DNA of 64,000 nucleotides from NCBI GenBank assembly GCA_030141605.1, contig JAQGDQ010000401.1, forward strand, positions 1 to 64,000, given 5' to 3'. The DNA comes from Tubiluchus corallicola. Its lineage: Eukaryota; Animalia; Priapulida. Every line of letters starts with the position of its first letter. The stretch's first letter is position 1. The notes beneath the pieces were generated by a model. The model made no database searches. It saw only the letters and a list, made by a program, of their open reading frames with translations, and had not been told where the DNA came from. A program made the position numbers and the translations under genes. This document shows, one piece after another, positions 24,779 to 36,847 of this stretch.

Positions 24779-27700
24779 ATGGACAAGGTAATAGCTTCAT
24801 TTCCTCTCTGGGCTTCCTTTTTTCAAACTGGGGAAATTAAAAGTGGTTCTGAACTGGATAGTGTTTTGCATTCAAAGTCTCTGACCTGGACTAATATTTT
24901 CGAATTATTAAAATTAGTAGATAGCCTAGAAAATGCAAATTTGTTGGATTTCCTGTCTTTTGGCATTTCCAAACCAACAAAAGCCAGGGTACTTGCAAAA
25001 GCACTATGCAGTTTGGGTATTAATGTAGGGTGGGCTTTAGATTTAATCGAAGACACAAGTCCTGCTGCCACACGAACATTGTACACAAAAGTGAAAATTT
25101 TTCGAAAAATGTCAGAAAATGCAAAAGACAAGGTTGTGGCAGCAGTGTTTAGTGCCTTGCCTTGCACAAGTAGTGGCAGTGCTAGTGGAAGTGCATCAGA
25201 TTTTCAGTGCACATCACTACAACCAAGCAAGCCAAAGTTTGAATCTATGTACTGCAATAAAATTGGGTTGTCTGTAGAAGAAATTTTGAGTTGCGCAGGT
25301 GGAAGTAAGTTTGAGAGTTCCTCACAAACTCAATCAAAATTTTCTGTAGATCAGCTTAGTAAGGGAGTTGCTTGGGAAGTGTACACTGCTTGTGCTAAAA
25401 ACACAAAAAAATTCAAAAATGTGTTAGTAGCCCTTTTTGGCTGTGAAGAGAAAGACGTTTCGCTTCCAAAACTCAAAAATAGACTCTACCGTATGCATAT
25501 GCTAATGAAAAAAACAAAAAATCCAAGGCCACATTATGCTGCTTGAAAAAGCCTTTCTTAGGCCAGGATGAACAGATAACAGCCAATATTTCAAATGTTA
25601 GTTCTAGTTCGTCTACTGATGTTACAGTCCACAAGAAGCGAATCGCATTTCTTGAAAAACAGAAAGGGGTTTCAAATGCAGCTTATAATGTAGAAACAGA
25701 GAGCTTAAAAAATTATATGGCTCAGCTTGAAAAGAGGTTAGAAGCCATTTCTTTGCTGAAAAAGAACGCACGGTGTAAGAAATTGACAAATGCGGCAAAT
25801 CTGAAACTGGTTGGTAGCACAAAGAATTTGAAAAAGAAATTGACGAGAAGAAATTCCAAAATTGGAAAACAGAAAAACATCATTGAAGATTTGAAAAAGC
25901 AGTGGGAAGCATGTTTTGCAGAAAATCTCAACCTGAAAGAAAAATTGTCTGAGTTTTGAAAGTAGCAAAAAAGCGATGGAGAATGAAGTGCTTGGTAGAG
26001 AAACTTTATTAAAACGAGCCGAGGAGAAAGAAGCAGAGTTACGGTCTCACATTGATGCATTATTGAAAAGTCGTGGAAAACAATACAAAAAAGTTCTTAC
26101 TACAAGAAAAAGCTTCAGAGAATAAAACAAAAAAATTCAACGACAGTTATTTTGAGATATTACAAAAAATTTTGTTAGATTTAGCTAAGCTTTATGTTTT
26201 AAATGTAGATGAACAAAAACAGTGGGCAGATAGATTTATTTCAAAAATTAAGAATACAATGAGTGATCGGCATATTGTGAATAAAAAGTTGAACAGTCTT
26301 ATACAAGAATATAGGGATGGGGTGCTTCCAAATGTCATCAGGGGATATGAAAGAATGACCACAATTGAAAAAGAGTCTTGTCACAAAATGAACAACTTTT
26401 TTGTATTTTATTGTAGGTCTAGGCACTCAAGCCGATGCTGCCCTGAATGTTTGGGAGAAATGCATTTTTGGTGAAGATCTGGTCGGGTGTGCTAAAGTAG
26501 GCTGTTTTCCTAAAGCAAATGAAAGTGGAACAACTAGGCTAGTAAGCTCAGTTTGCAAAGCTGTTGGACCCAGGGCATGTGAAAAGTCAGAAGAACAAGA
26601 ACAGTTTGCAACATTTTTAGGGGTTGAGTCGGACATTAGTAAATTTCCTTTGGCATCTTTCAGGGGCAACAGGGTAAATATTTTTTTTCATTTACTTCCT
26701 ATATCCTAGCTTGATAAATTTTTTTGCTGAACACTCTAACGAAAATAAGTTAATGAATGCAGTAGAAGCAGATCTTGGTGTGTCAGTTTATAAATCAGGT
26801 TGCCGAGTATTAGGAATAATTGACAAGGTAGTAACTTCGCCATTGTGGCGCATGCTAAATTCTGTTGAGCACATTTATAATATGAATGATGTTTACCAGC
26901 AATTGCAGAATGAGTTACGGGAGTGAGCAGTTGATTCCAGTGAGCTTTTAAATGGTGATGCTAGGTTGTTTGGAAAAATGGGACAGTGGGACGGTATATC
27001 AGAAAAGCTGTTCCAAGTCAATGAATTGACATGCAAACAAAGCAGGCCTTAGAAGTGATATGTGCAGGATTTTTGGTTGTTGTAAAATGCATGGTAACAG
27101 ATCATTTGCCTGGATGATGCCATACAGAGTATAGTGAACAGGATGAGTTAGCTACTGCCTCTGTTCCTAGTACTAATGTTAGTGCTGAAAGGGATTTTGG
27201 AATGTTGGATCGGATAATGAGAGAAAAACCGAATGCCACCACTATCACGATTGAAGGATTAATAATGTATAAGCAGAATAAGACAGCAGATTGGTTAGAT
27301 AGTAAATCAGAAGATGAGCGTAAGAATTTATTAGAGTGGGCTGCTAAGTCAGTGAAGCATCAGAGAGAAGAATTTGTAGCCTGACGAAGAGAAGTGCAAA
27401 TGAGGAAGCAACTGAAACGAATGCAACACAGGGAAAGTAAACTAGTGAAAGAACGAGTAGAACAAGCAAAGAAAGAAAAATTAAGTAGGGAATTATTCAG
27501 CATAGGAGGACTATGGGATAGTGAAGAAGCTGTTCAAATAAATTTGTCAAGGTACAGTTCTTCAAATACCAAGCTATGTGCATTGAGAACACAAATTTGA
27601 TACAGAAAAGTAGTTTTAGGACAAGATAGTGTTAGAAAACTGTTTAAATTTGTCTTCAGGTCAGCAAAAATTTAGTGCAGAGAAACTAGCCACCAACTTA

Positions 27701-28337
27701 AAAAAAGCAATCAGGCAATCTCGGCAGTTATTAGATAGCATCTATGGTAGCAATGAAATAAGTGCTTATTCTATAGCAGCAAAATCTGAAATAGAACAAA
27801 TCAATAGTCAATTTTTAACAGACAGCAATCTGGAAGAGGGGAAGAGCACACAAAACAGATGCAGAATAGCAGGTGACGGTAGTCTTCGCAATGACATAGA
27901 TCCTCGAAGATTGCTAGGTAGAAGAGTGAAGCACCTCTGTTATGAAAATGATAAGGAAGAATGGTACGAAGGTGTTATAGTCAAGGTAGGAAACAGATAT
28001 GGGGTAAGATATGATGGTTACAAGGAAATTTTGTCTGTGGGGAATGGCTGACTTAAGAGAAGACATAGAAAAGGGTGAGCTAGTTGAAATAGAGCTAGAA
28101 GCAGCCCATTTAGTGGGAAAAAGCATACAGAATTTATAGATTGATGAGGATAGTGGTGAAGAGATTTGGTACAGAGGTAGAATAGTAGAAAGGGATGGGA
28201 ATGTATTCAGTGTTGTTTTTCAAGGAGATGAGGACAAGGAAGATGAGGAGGTAGACAAAGATTACTACACCAAAGAATACTGTGAAAAATTACCTGTTTT
28301 GGAAAACTATAATAAATTTGAACTCAGAATTCTGTAA
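24779..28337 (+). pseudogene. Disrupted hAT-like DDE transposase with coiled-coil N-terminal region and C-terminal tandem Spindlin/Tudor-like repeats
   Basis: Collinear ORF pieces 24779-25546, 25543-25959, 26073-26474, 26401-26709, 26711-26926, 27202-27384, 27394-27600, 27629-28051 and ~28037-28337. Motifs NTMSDRH (2nd Asp), FRGNRVNIFF and PSTNVSAERDFG (catalytic Glu / hAT C-terminal motif). Many stops and frameshifts. Confidence 0.8.
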
Positions 28338-29124
28338 AAAAACAACTGCAGATTAATAATTTTGAATTAAATTTTGAAACAAAAATACAAATTCTCATCA
28401 TCATTCTCCAAGGCAATTCAAAAAATTTAACAGCTTTCTATTAAATTGCTAAAACCAATGAAAAAAAAAATTGAAAGTAAATATCACTATTTATGTTCAT
28501 TTTTTATAACTTTTCCGAAATACAAATGACATCATCGGGCTTGTTGTCAGCACTGTCAATTTAAAATAAGCTTCATCAATCTGCTCATCTCTCATACTGT
28601 TAGTTATGTAATAGTTTTAAAATGTGTGACCTGAATTATACAAATGACAAAGGCTCTTGCATTTTAGGAACACTTTTAAATACTTAGTGAAAGCAAGCAG
28701 TGTTGAAATGGTTCTCTTACTCTGAAGTTTGATGTACTCCCTTGTGTTTCAGGCAACCAAAGCAGTGTACATCTTCTATCATGTGCAAACTGAACTGAAC
28801 AAATGACGAGGCTCTTGCTTTTCAGATGCACATTGAATAAAAATGATGTGTAATTGGAACTATACTCAAGGTACTTGTGCTCTTCTAAGCCCATCCCAAA
28901 CATTTTCCCTTCCAGATGTGTGCTTGAACTGTACAAATGACCTAAGGCTCTTGCTTTTTAGGTACACATTGAGCAAAAGTGTGTTATTACCTTTAATTAG
29001 TTGTTTAAGCGCACACGAACATTGTGTTTAAATGTGTATACTCAAGTGCGTAATCTAGAATTTTTACTAGCCCTTCACTCTAATAGTTCAGTGATTCAAA
29101 ATGAGAGTTTGTATTATATCATTC

Positions 29125-29290
29125 GTCCTGGGTTGTGTGATCGAGTGGTTTAGATTTTAGATTGCAAGCATGCAGTCTTGAGTTCAATACTAGCGGCTGC
29201 CAATGCCGGGGCATATAACCTACACGACGTATGCAATTTGTCTGTTAAATGAGTTCAATAAATCTTTTCTTTGTCTTTTTGTCTTTGTCC
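29125..29290 (+). mobile_element. tRNA-derived SINE nested inside the hAT-like element
   Basis: GTCC start, TGATCGAGTGG (A box), GAGTTCAATAC (B box), AATAAA followed by a (TTGTCT)-like tail. Confidence 0.55.
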
Positions 29291-31749
29291 CTGGCATTTA
29301 ATAGTCACTAACATTGAGTTTTTCAGCATCTTGCATACACAACTGAAACTACGGTCTGTGGAGTGTTGTATATATAGCCATAGCCATGTATTTACATAAG
29401 AGGCTAAAGTATAGGCAGATATTTTGTGTCATAAAAGTATTATGGTGGCAATGTCACTTCTTAACTCAAAAGCAAAAAATATGCCATTTGACTTTATTAA
29501 TTAGATAAAAATCTTGCACAGAATTTTTTGTAAAGATCTTAACACTTATTACTACAAATAGCAAATGACATCAAAGTATCTGCCAAAGTTTGTCATAATT
29601 TCATAAATGGCTCTTGTTTTAGTTTTGTTCAATAATAATTCTATTGATGTAAAAAATTGTTACATTTTTAGGTTTAAATTGGCTAAGAAATCACTGAAAA
29701 ATACAAAAAAGTGAACTTTGTTGTCAAATTTTAATGCAAAATTAACAAAAGGTTGATACGTTGAATTTTTGAGATACAGACAGCATTTGTCCAAGCCATC
29801 TTTAGTGAATTGAAAAAAGAATAATTTTATACTGTTGTTAAAGTTTTTTCTGAACCCCTAAATCCTAAATCTTAGCATTTGAATTTAGGGTCTGTTCGTT
29901 TTTTGCATTGTAAAAATAAATTAGAAGGGGGAATGTGCAAATATATTAAATGTTGTTATTTGGCATTCTGTATGTTGCCTACTTATAAATAAAACCTGAA
30001 GGGCCATTTAAAAATCAATTTTCACTTTATGTCATAAATTGTGTATTACCATAATATATATTCCTCTTCAGTCACATTAGTATTTATATTAATTCGAAAC
30101 TTGTCTTTTCTAGGTTTCTACAACTGTTGTGCTTGCTGTACATCTTACTTATGATCCTAGTCAATCAACAAAAGGCATCCACTATATTTTCTAAAAGAAG
30201 AAAATATTATCAAGAATATGAATTTGCTGTACATAAGATCAATTTTAAATTACATAGGCCTTTTAACATTTTCCTTGGTGCTTATAATATGTAATTTGAG
30301 GCAAAATTAGCAGATTCGTCATAGAAGCATCTTTAGAGTTTTTGTAAAAAGTAAATTTATTATTGTCTTTTTCTGTAATAGTTGCGTTACAGTATAAATA
30401 TCTCTGATATTATGTAACTAAGTTTGTCATTTATAATAAATTTATTTTGCATTGTTACTGAACTAAGTTTTTCCTATTTTTTTAATTTTGTGTATTTTGT
30501 GCTTGCATACCTTGCAATAACATACAAAATAGAAATATATACCTGTAAAAGCTGATTCACAGTTGAACAAAATTCCAGAAGTCAGGACTAAATGGATAAT
30601 CAAAATCTGCTTGGACAATAAACAACATGTGTCTTTAATTATGTAGGGAGCAACGATTAATTACATGCACCTGGAAATCGAAACTGCAGACTTATGGTGC
30701 ATCCTGCTTGTTCATCTTGTATCATTTCTTCGGGCATTAACTACCTAACGTAGAAAAGGTAATTTAGAAAAATCTAGGAATCTGAGAAAAGATAACAATT
30801 AGCAAGTCAAATTATAAAATAAAACATTTATCGATTAGATGTGTCAGGTAAAGGTAATTAAGGTTTTCTAGTAATAAGGGTGACACATCTAGTGCTGTAA
30901 ATGCTTTCTATTTGATAACAAGTCTTGACTACCAAAGTGCATTATCATAAATTATACGTTGGTTAACATTTAGATTATACTATACAATAATACATGTAAC
31001 AAAAATATCAATTAGGCATGCCTGGAAAAGGATAACAATATATTAAAACAGGTGTAATCAAGGCAGTGCACATACTATGACAAAAGATTAAAGATACAAA
31101 GTATTATTTTGAAAAAAACTTTAATAAAAGTTCACTCAGATCGGTTCTACAAAGAGTTAATTAACACGTTGCCATGACAACAGGATGTCTTCATCCCAGA
31201 TTTTTTACCTGCGCAAGATGAAAACATGGACTTGGCAATAAACACACAAAAATCTCTTCAATGACTGTGCAACCAACTAAATTCCACTTTCTCAAACGAA
31301 TACTTTTCATATTGCAAATTCTGTAATGTTAATGAAAATGCTGTTTTCCCAGTTTTTCCCGTAAAAATTTTTCCTAGCATAAATCTGAAGGTGCGTAGTG
31401 TTTATGAATATCTGTTCTATGTACACTGAGCTACCAAAAGTCATATTAACAATTAACTACCAGCTGAATTGGCACCTTTTATAACACTCTAAAGTTGACA
31501 AGTTAGCGAACTTTCGTAAAAGGTCCATTTTCACACCTGTTAAGATAAAAAATCATTTGGATCAATTTAGTCATTTTTTGTTGCTCCTAAAATGCGAGCG
31601 TTTTTCTTAACTTTAACTGCCCGCGATTTCAAAACAAACTAATTGTTTTAAATCTGGTTTTTTTAATTAACTATATGCTCAAAGCACTATCAAATGACCA
31701 CGCTTGCGGCTATGATGGCGCGCTCTACAATTTTTGTTCAGCCACCATA

Positions 31750-33714
31750 ATAATATTTTATTGTAAACAAACTGTAAGGTAACAGCACGATAGGTCTATA
31801 ATTATTAATGTCGAGAGAATCCTTGGATTTGAAGATAGGAATGATAATTGACCCTTTTAATTTAGAAGGAACAGTGCCAGTTTTAAGTGAATTATTAATT
31901 GTGTGTCAAAGGGGTAATGATAGTTTCAATTACATCTATAATATCTTTGGGGCGCAAATTATCCCTACCATTATTTCGATCAAATGACTTGCATATACTT
32001 ATAATATCAGATTCCGTGACTGGTGTAAAGAAAACTGCAGAAGGATAATTGCCTTTTAAATAAGTTTCATAGTTGATATTAACATTTTCTATATTATCAG
32101 CTACTTTTTGTCCAATCTGCAAAAAATGGTCATTAAAATGATTTACTATAGATTTAGGATCTGTGATTAATTTATTATTAATTTTTAAACGAATTAAGGA
32201 CTGTTCGCACATGGAATACATAATTTCTTTCATAATTCCCCATGTTTTCTTTAAATTGGCTTTAACACCGTTTAGCTTATTTTGATAATAAGTCGATTTA
32301 GCATTTTTAATAATATTATTTAATTTATTGCGATATTGCTTATACTCGGTCCCAGCTGAGTCTGAGGTTTGTTTGATTAATGAATCACACATTTTAATTT
32401 TGCACTTGATACTGGTTAATATGGTTGGAGTTATCCAAGAATTTTTTATGACATTAGTTTTCTTGGAAGCTTCAGTAGTTTTTATATTTTTAAAGTAAGC
32501 TTCGTTAAATTTATCCAGAAATAGATTGTAAGCTGCTTCAGGATCTGAAGTACTACAATTCCTCCCAGTTAATTGATTCTATATCACTTCTTAATTTATT
32601 TTTTACATGGTTATTGTATATTACTTTGTCGATATTATTAGTTTGAAATTTTGCTATGTTTAAATCAATAATTAAGAAAATTGGTAAGTGATCGGTGACA
32701 TCTACTAAGAGACTCCCAGCTCTATACTGATGCTGTATAACGTTTGTTAGAATATTTTCAATTAATGTAGAGCTATATGCTGTAATTCGAGTAGGATAAG
32801 TAATAACTGGAAAAACATAATTAGTAATAACAGTATCAAGAAACTCAGCCATGTCTTGAAAAACATAATTAGTAATAACAGTATCAAGAAACTCAGCCAT
32901 GTCTTGGTGCGAAGAGTGATTTAATAAATTCAAATTGTAGTCCCCTAACAAAAATAACTGGTTATTTTGTTGATTTATTATTGATAGTTTAGTACTTAAC
33001 TGTTCAATAAATGTTTGTGGGTTTTGCCTGGGTGGTCTGTAGATCACGCTGACTACTATGTTTTTGCCTTTAACTTTATAAATTTCAATAAAAATACTTT
33101 CAAGGTCAGAACTGCTTGATGTTAAGTCGTTTCTTAATACAAAGGGTATGTCTGATTTAATGCCCTACGCCAACCCCCTTTTTATTCTTCCTATTTCTAT
33201 TCACCAGAGTATATCCAGGTAAATTAAACATTCTTTCTGTGTCTTCATTTAACCATGTTTCAGTTAGCACAATTAGTGAGAATTGAATTTGTAACATTTG
33301 CAGCACTGCAGTTAAGTGGCCATAATTAGCAGATAAACTTCTTATATTCAATGGATCATTGATAATTTGTTGTTGATATTTATGTTTTAAAGCACAGACA
33401 AAAATTGCTCATTGTCGTAGTATTTATTTTTTGGAAAAGAATCTTTTTGATTGAAAAAGTGTATATCAGGATCAATATCCTCTAATGGCAAATTTGCGTT
33501 CACACTATTTAGTGTTTTGAAAAGATCTAAATTATACTGATTGTTAAAATTATAGAATCATGTAGAATTAAAGCAGACCAACAGGCATAATATGCACCAT
33601 ATTCCCAGAACAGTATAGGTTTTTAGGCGTTGTAATTCCAGATTAAGATTATTCATTACTTACAACCGCCAACACGCAAGAAGCTCCACGTGAATAGCTG
33701 TGTTTTTACACACT
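31750..33714 (-). mobile_element. CR1/L2-group (Crack/Daphne-like) LINE, piece 1: 5' end, APE endonuclease, linker, RT start
   Basis: EDIDPDIHFF..KYY, NIRSL..IVLTETWL, IYRPP..LLGDYNLNLL, PTRIT..STLI, VTDHLPIF, YKQYRNKLNNIIKNAK..TWG, GTVPSKLK..IIPIFK..NYRPI; frameshifted. Confidence 0.92.
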
Positions 33715-36707
33715 ATTGCGCAGTTGCTATAATGCAATGTGGCCGTTAACCTGCATTTTTAGTTTCGTTACATAATTTATGATTATTATGAGTTGCACCC
33801 ACAGGAGTTTGTGCCATATTATATAATAATTAATTACATGCCTACAAATCCGTTTTTCATGTTTGTTAAGTTGTTGCCTGGTCAACTTGTAATAAAAAAT
33901 GAATTACTTTCAATATTAATATGTTTATATTTATTGTATTTTCCAGCTATTTTTTATTAATATTACTATGCGACATCATCACTACCTACCAAACCTTCAC
34001 CATCATCACTACCACTGGTTGTAATTTTCTTGTTCTACTTTTTCTTCTTCGTCTTCTGGTTTTTCGTTATTGTCATTACATTCAGCTTTGTAATGATACT
34101 TTGCACTACCTTCCCCCGTATTCCTGGGCCCATATTGTATAAGCTACTATAAGTTGTACATAATAATGATGGCATTAGATAATTGTGGTAGTGATGACGA
34201 TGATGATAAAAATTACAGTGCAATAATGGCGGTGATAATGAGTGCCACATACGTTTATGATAATAACAGTGATGATAATGAGAGCGTTATAGGCCTACAG
34301 TATAACTTTAAATAAAATTTAATAATAAATGTTTTAGAAGCTACAGCATCACTAACGACAGCTGAAGTTTCAAATTAATTGTAATTATTGGTAGGGTGTA
34401 GGCCTCAAATACAACGTTTCTAGACCTAAAATGCCTTTATGGTCCTGTGTCATTTTGCAAATTCTTTGCTACTAGTCATATTGTCTTCCCTTCATAAGAT
34501 TTCCTGACTTTTTTCTTTCTCCTTCAGTGTGTACATATATGTATGTGTGTGTATGTACACATGTATGCAAGTTGGTGAGCATGTATATGAATGTATGTAT
34601 ATGTATGTATATGCATATGTGTGAGTTAATTATGACAGTTTATATATATATAACCAAACTTTCGTACAGTTGTTAAGTTTTTTGTAAAGATGCAACAAAA
34701 AACAATGGCTGACTTTAACAGTGATTTCCTCAGGATTATGTTTTTTAGTGCATAGCCTGCACCCCAGCTTCAACATAGATTCAACATAGAGCGATGAGCT
34801 TGGTATCAAAATGATCCTTGGGAACTGGATATGTGACTAGAAAAGGACTAGGACTAGAAAAGTTTAATTGGCGACTTATAGACGATTTTGCTATGCATGC
34901 ACACATATATTTGTTATATATGTATAAACATAGTTACTTCAGTCAGCAGTTATGAATGCTGACTGAAGTAACTTCTCCTTACATAATTATTCTCCTGATT
35001 TTTTATGTATGTTTTTGACTGTCTATATTGATATTGTTATCGTAATTTAAAATGTTTTTTGTCAATTTTTATTTGCGTATACTTTACTTTCACCTTACTT
35101 ATATACCATTGTTGTTTTGTTATTTTATCTTTATATTGTTGTTGACAATTTATATGAATTCTAATTAAAAAAACAAGTTCCTTTAATACTAACGCCACTA
35201 ACCTACACTTTTATTATATAATATTATGAGTGAGGGGTGGATGCTCGGTGACCGTAGTGTCTTTATCCAACTTGTCTCTCTTGTTAACTACTACTTTGTC
35301 ACTAATGCTTTGCTGTATATTGTTTTCGTATGAGACAACTAAGAAATTAAATTCAGTGTATAGTCAGACCCAAGCTGAAATATACAAAGAAATTTTTTTC
35401 AGGCAACTACAGTTATTTATCATTAATTTTATTTATTACTGCAAAGTTATTAGATTATAAAAGTAAAGGTTTTTGTCTTTATTTCGTAAATGCAGTTAAG
35501 ATAAAAGTGTGTCACGTGCCTTTTAAGTTAGGCCCTGATAATGCATAAACTAATCCGAAATTCATCACATGACCCGGCATAAACACGATGTCGATACGAA
35601 CTGTATAGTGTACAACTATGAATACTGCGTAATTATACACTAAATATAGGACTAAATTGTGACTAGATTATCGGAAACATACACTGATCACGTGAAAATA
35701 ATAGAATAATGGCCTACGAGCCTAGAAACGAGTAATAACCTAGAAAAAAGTAGGAGGTGCAAAAGTGTGATAGCACCTAGAAATCTTAGGAAAGTTTTAA
35801 AGATAGCATGGTATACATAATCAAAAGTCGAGATTTATACGTCAGAACGAAAGAAATTTCTTGCAGTTCAAAGGTCAAGATGCAAAGATTAAGATGGTTA
35901 GGACTTCTAAGTTCTCCAGCCATATTCATTTAAAAACTGGCTCACCAACTTTTGCTAAATAAAACATTTTTAAAATCAATGTGAGCACTACCATCCAGGG
36001 AAACTGGCTCGTGCCACCATGTGGATAAGTCCTAATAAGGAACCGCGATAAAGAAAACTCAATGTTCACTTTTTCTAAATTCTACAATGGTGTGTTTTAT
36101 AATAATGGTGTCACATAAAAGTTGTAGTATTATTTGTGATTTTGGTTAAATTTTGCAGACTTTCATGTGAAAGTTCTACCAAATGTGTAAGTTTTTAAGA
36201 AACCGTGTAGTAGTCGAATAATTCTTATTTTTTGATTAAACATGGTGTACATGTAAAGTGTCTACACAAATCTGGTCCATTACAGATTGGTATAGTAATG
36301 GACTCCTCAGTAACTGCTATTCATATTTAAGTTCTATTAAATACAACTGCACATAAACTTGATGTTTCTAATTAATATTATTGTAAGTCTAATTTAAAAT
36401 GACTAATTGGTGCATATTATCGTATGATTTTTGTTTTTTTTGTTTCAGTATATTAGTGCAAAGTGAACAAATTACACTCGGAAATTTTTGGGACAGAAAT
36501 TGTAAATTCCACTGGTAAAAGAGGCCTACCATCACTGTTGCAAATTTGAGACTGGACTTCTGTTTTTTAGCTTATAAACTGCAAATTGATGTGGTGGGGC
36601 GATCCTGTGCTACGCCTATTATAATTTAATCCAATCTATTGTGAAGTCCACACCTGTTAGGACTGGAACCTCATTCATTTGTCCTAAAGGCATATCGCGC
36701 CAAATTA

Positions 36708-36847
36708 ATGGAAACTATAACACGGCTTATAGGACAAGGTTTTAGACATCACAGAAGCAGATCCTTTAGATCTTGTCTGTCTTCCATGTCGTCCACTATA
36801 TTTGCTCACTCTTCGGGATTGGGACGATGCGGCGTAGCAGTTATCAG
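36708..36847 (+). CDS. GTPBP3: GTPBP3 exon 1 (transit peptide + [17 protein letters not shown])
   Basis: [37 protein letters not shown]..; donor AG|GTAATG. The start could lie further upstream (in-frame acceptor at ~36689). Confidence 0.85.

Larger units (their letters stand above)
23680..31749 (+). mobile_element. 8.07-kb hAT-superfamily-like (hATw-type) DNA transposon with 12-bp TIR and 7-bp TSD
   Basis: Ends TAGGGTGGCTGA / TCAGCCACCATA (1 mismatch). ATAATAT at 23673-23679 and 31750-31756. Removing the element restores the LINE frame VYNKILSYLDD. Internal transposase remnant present. Confidence 0.85.

Noticed and set aside
35520-35560. CTGATAA...CGAAA hammerhead-like core
   Set aside because: The core deviates from CTGAnGA and the flanking stems do not pair.
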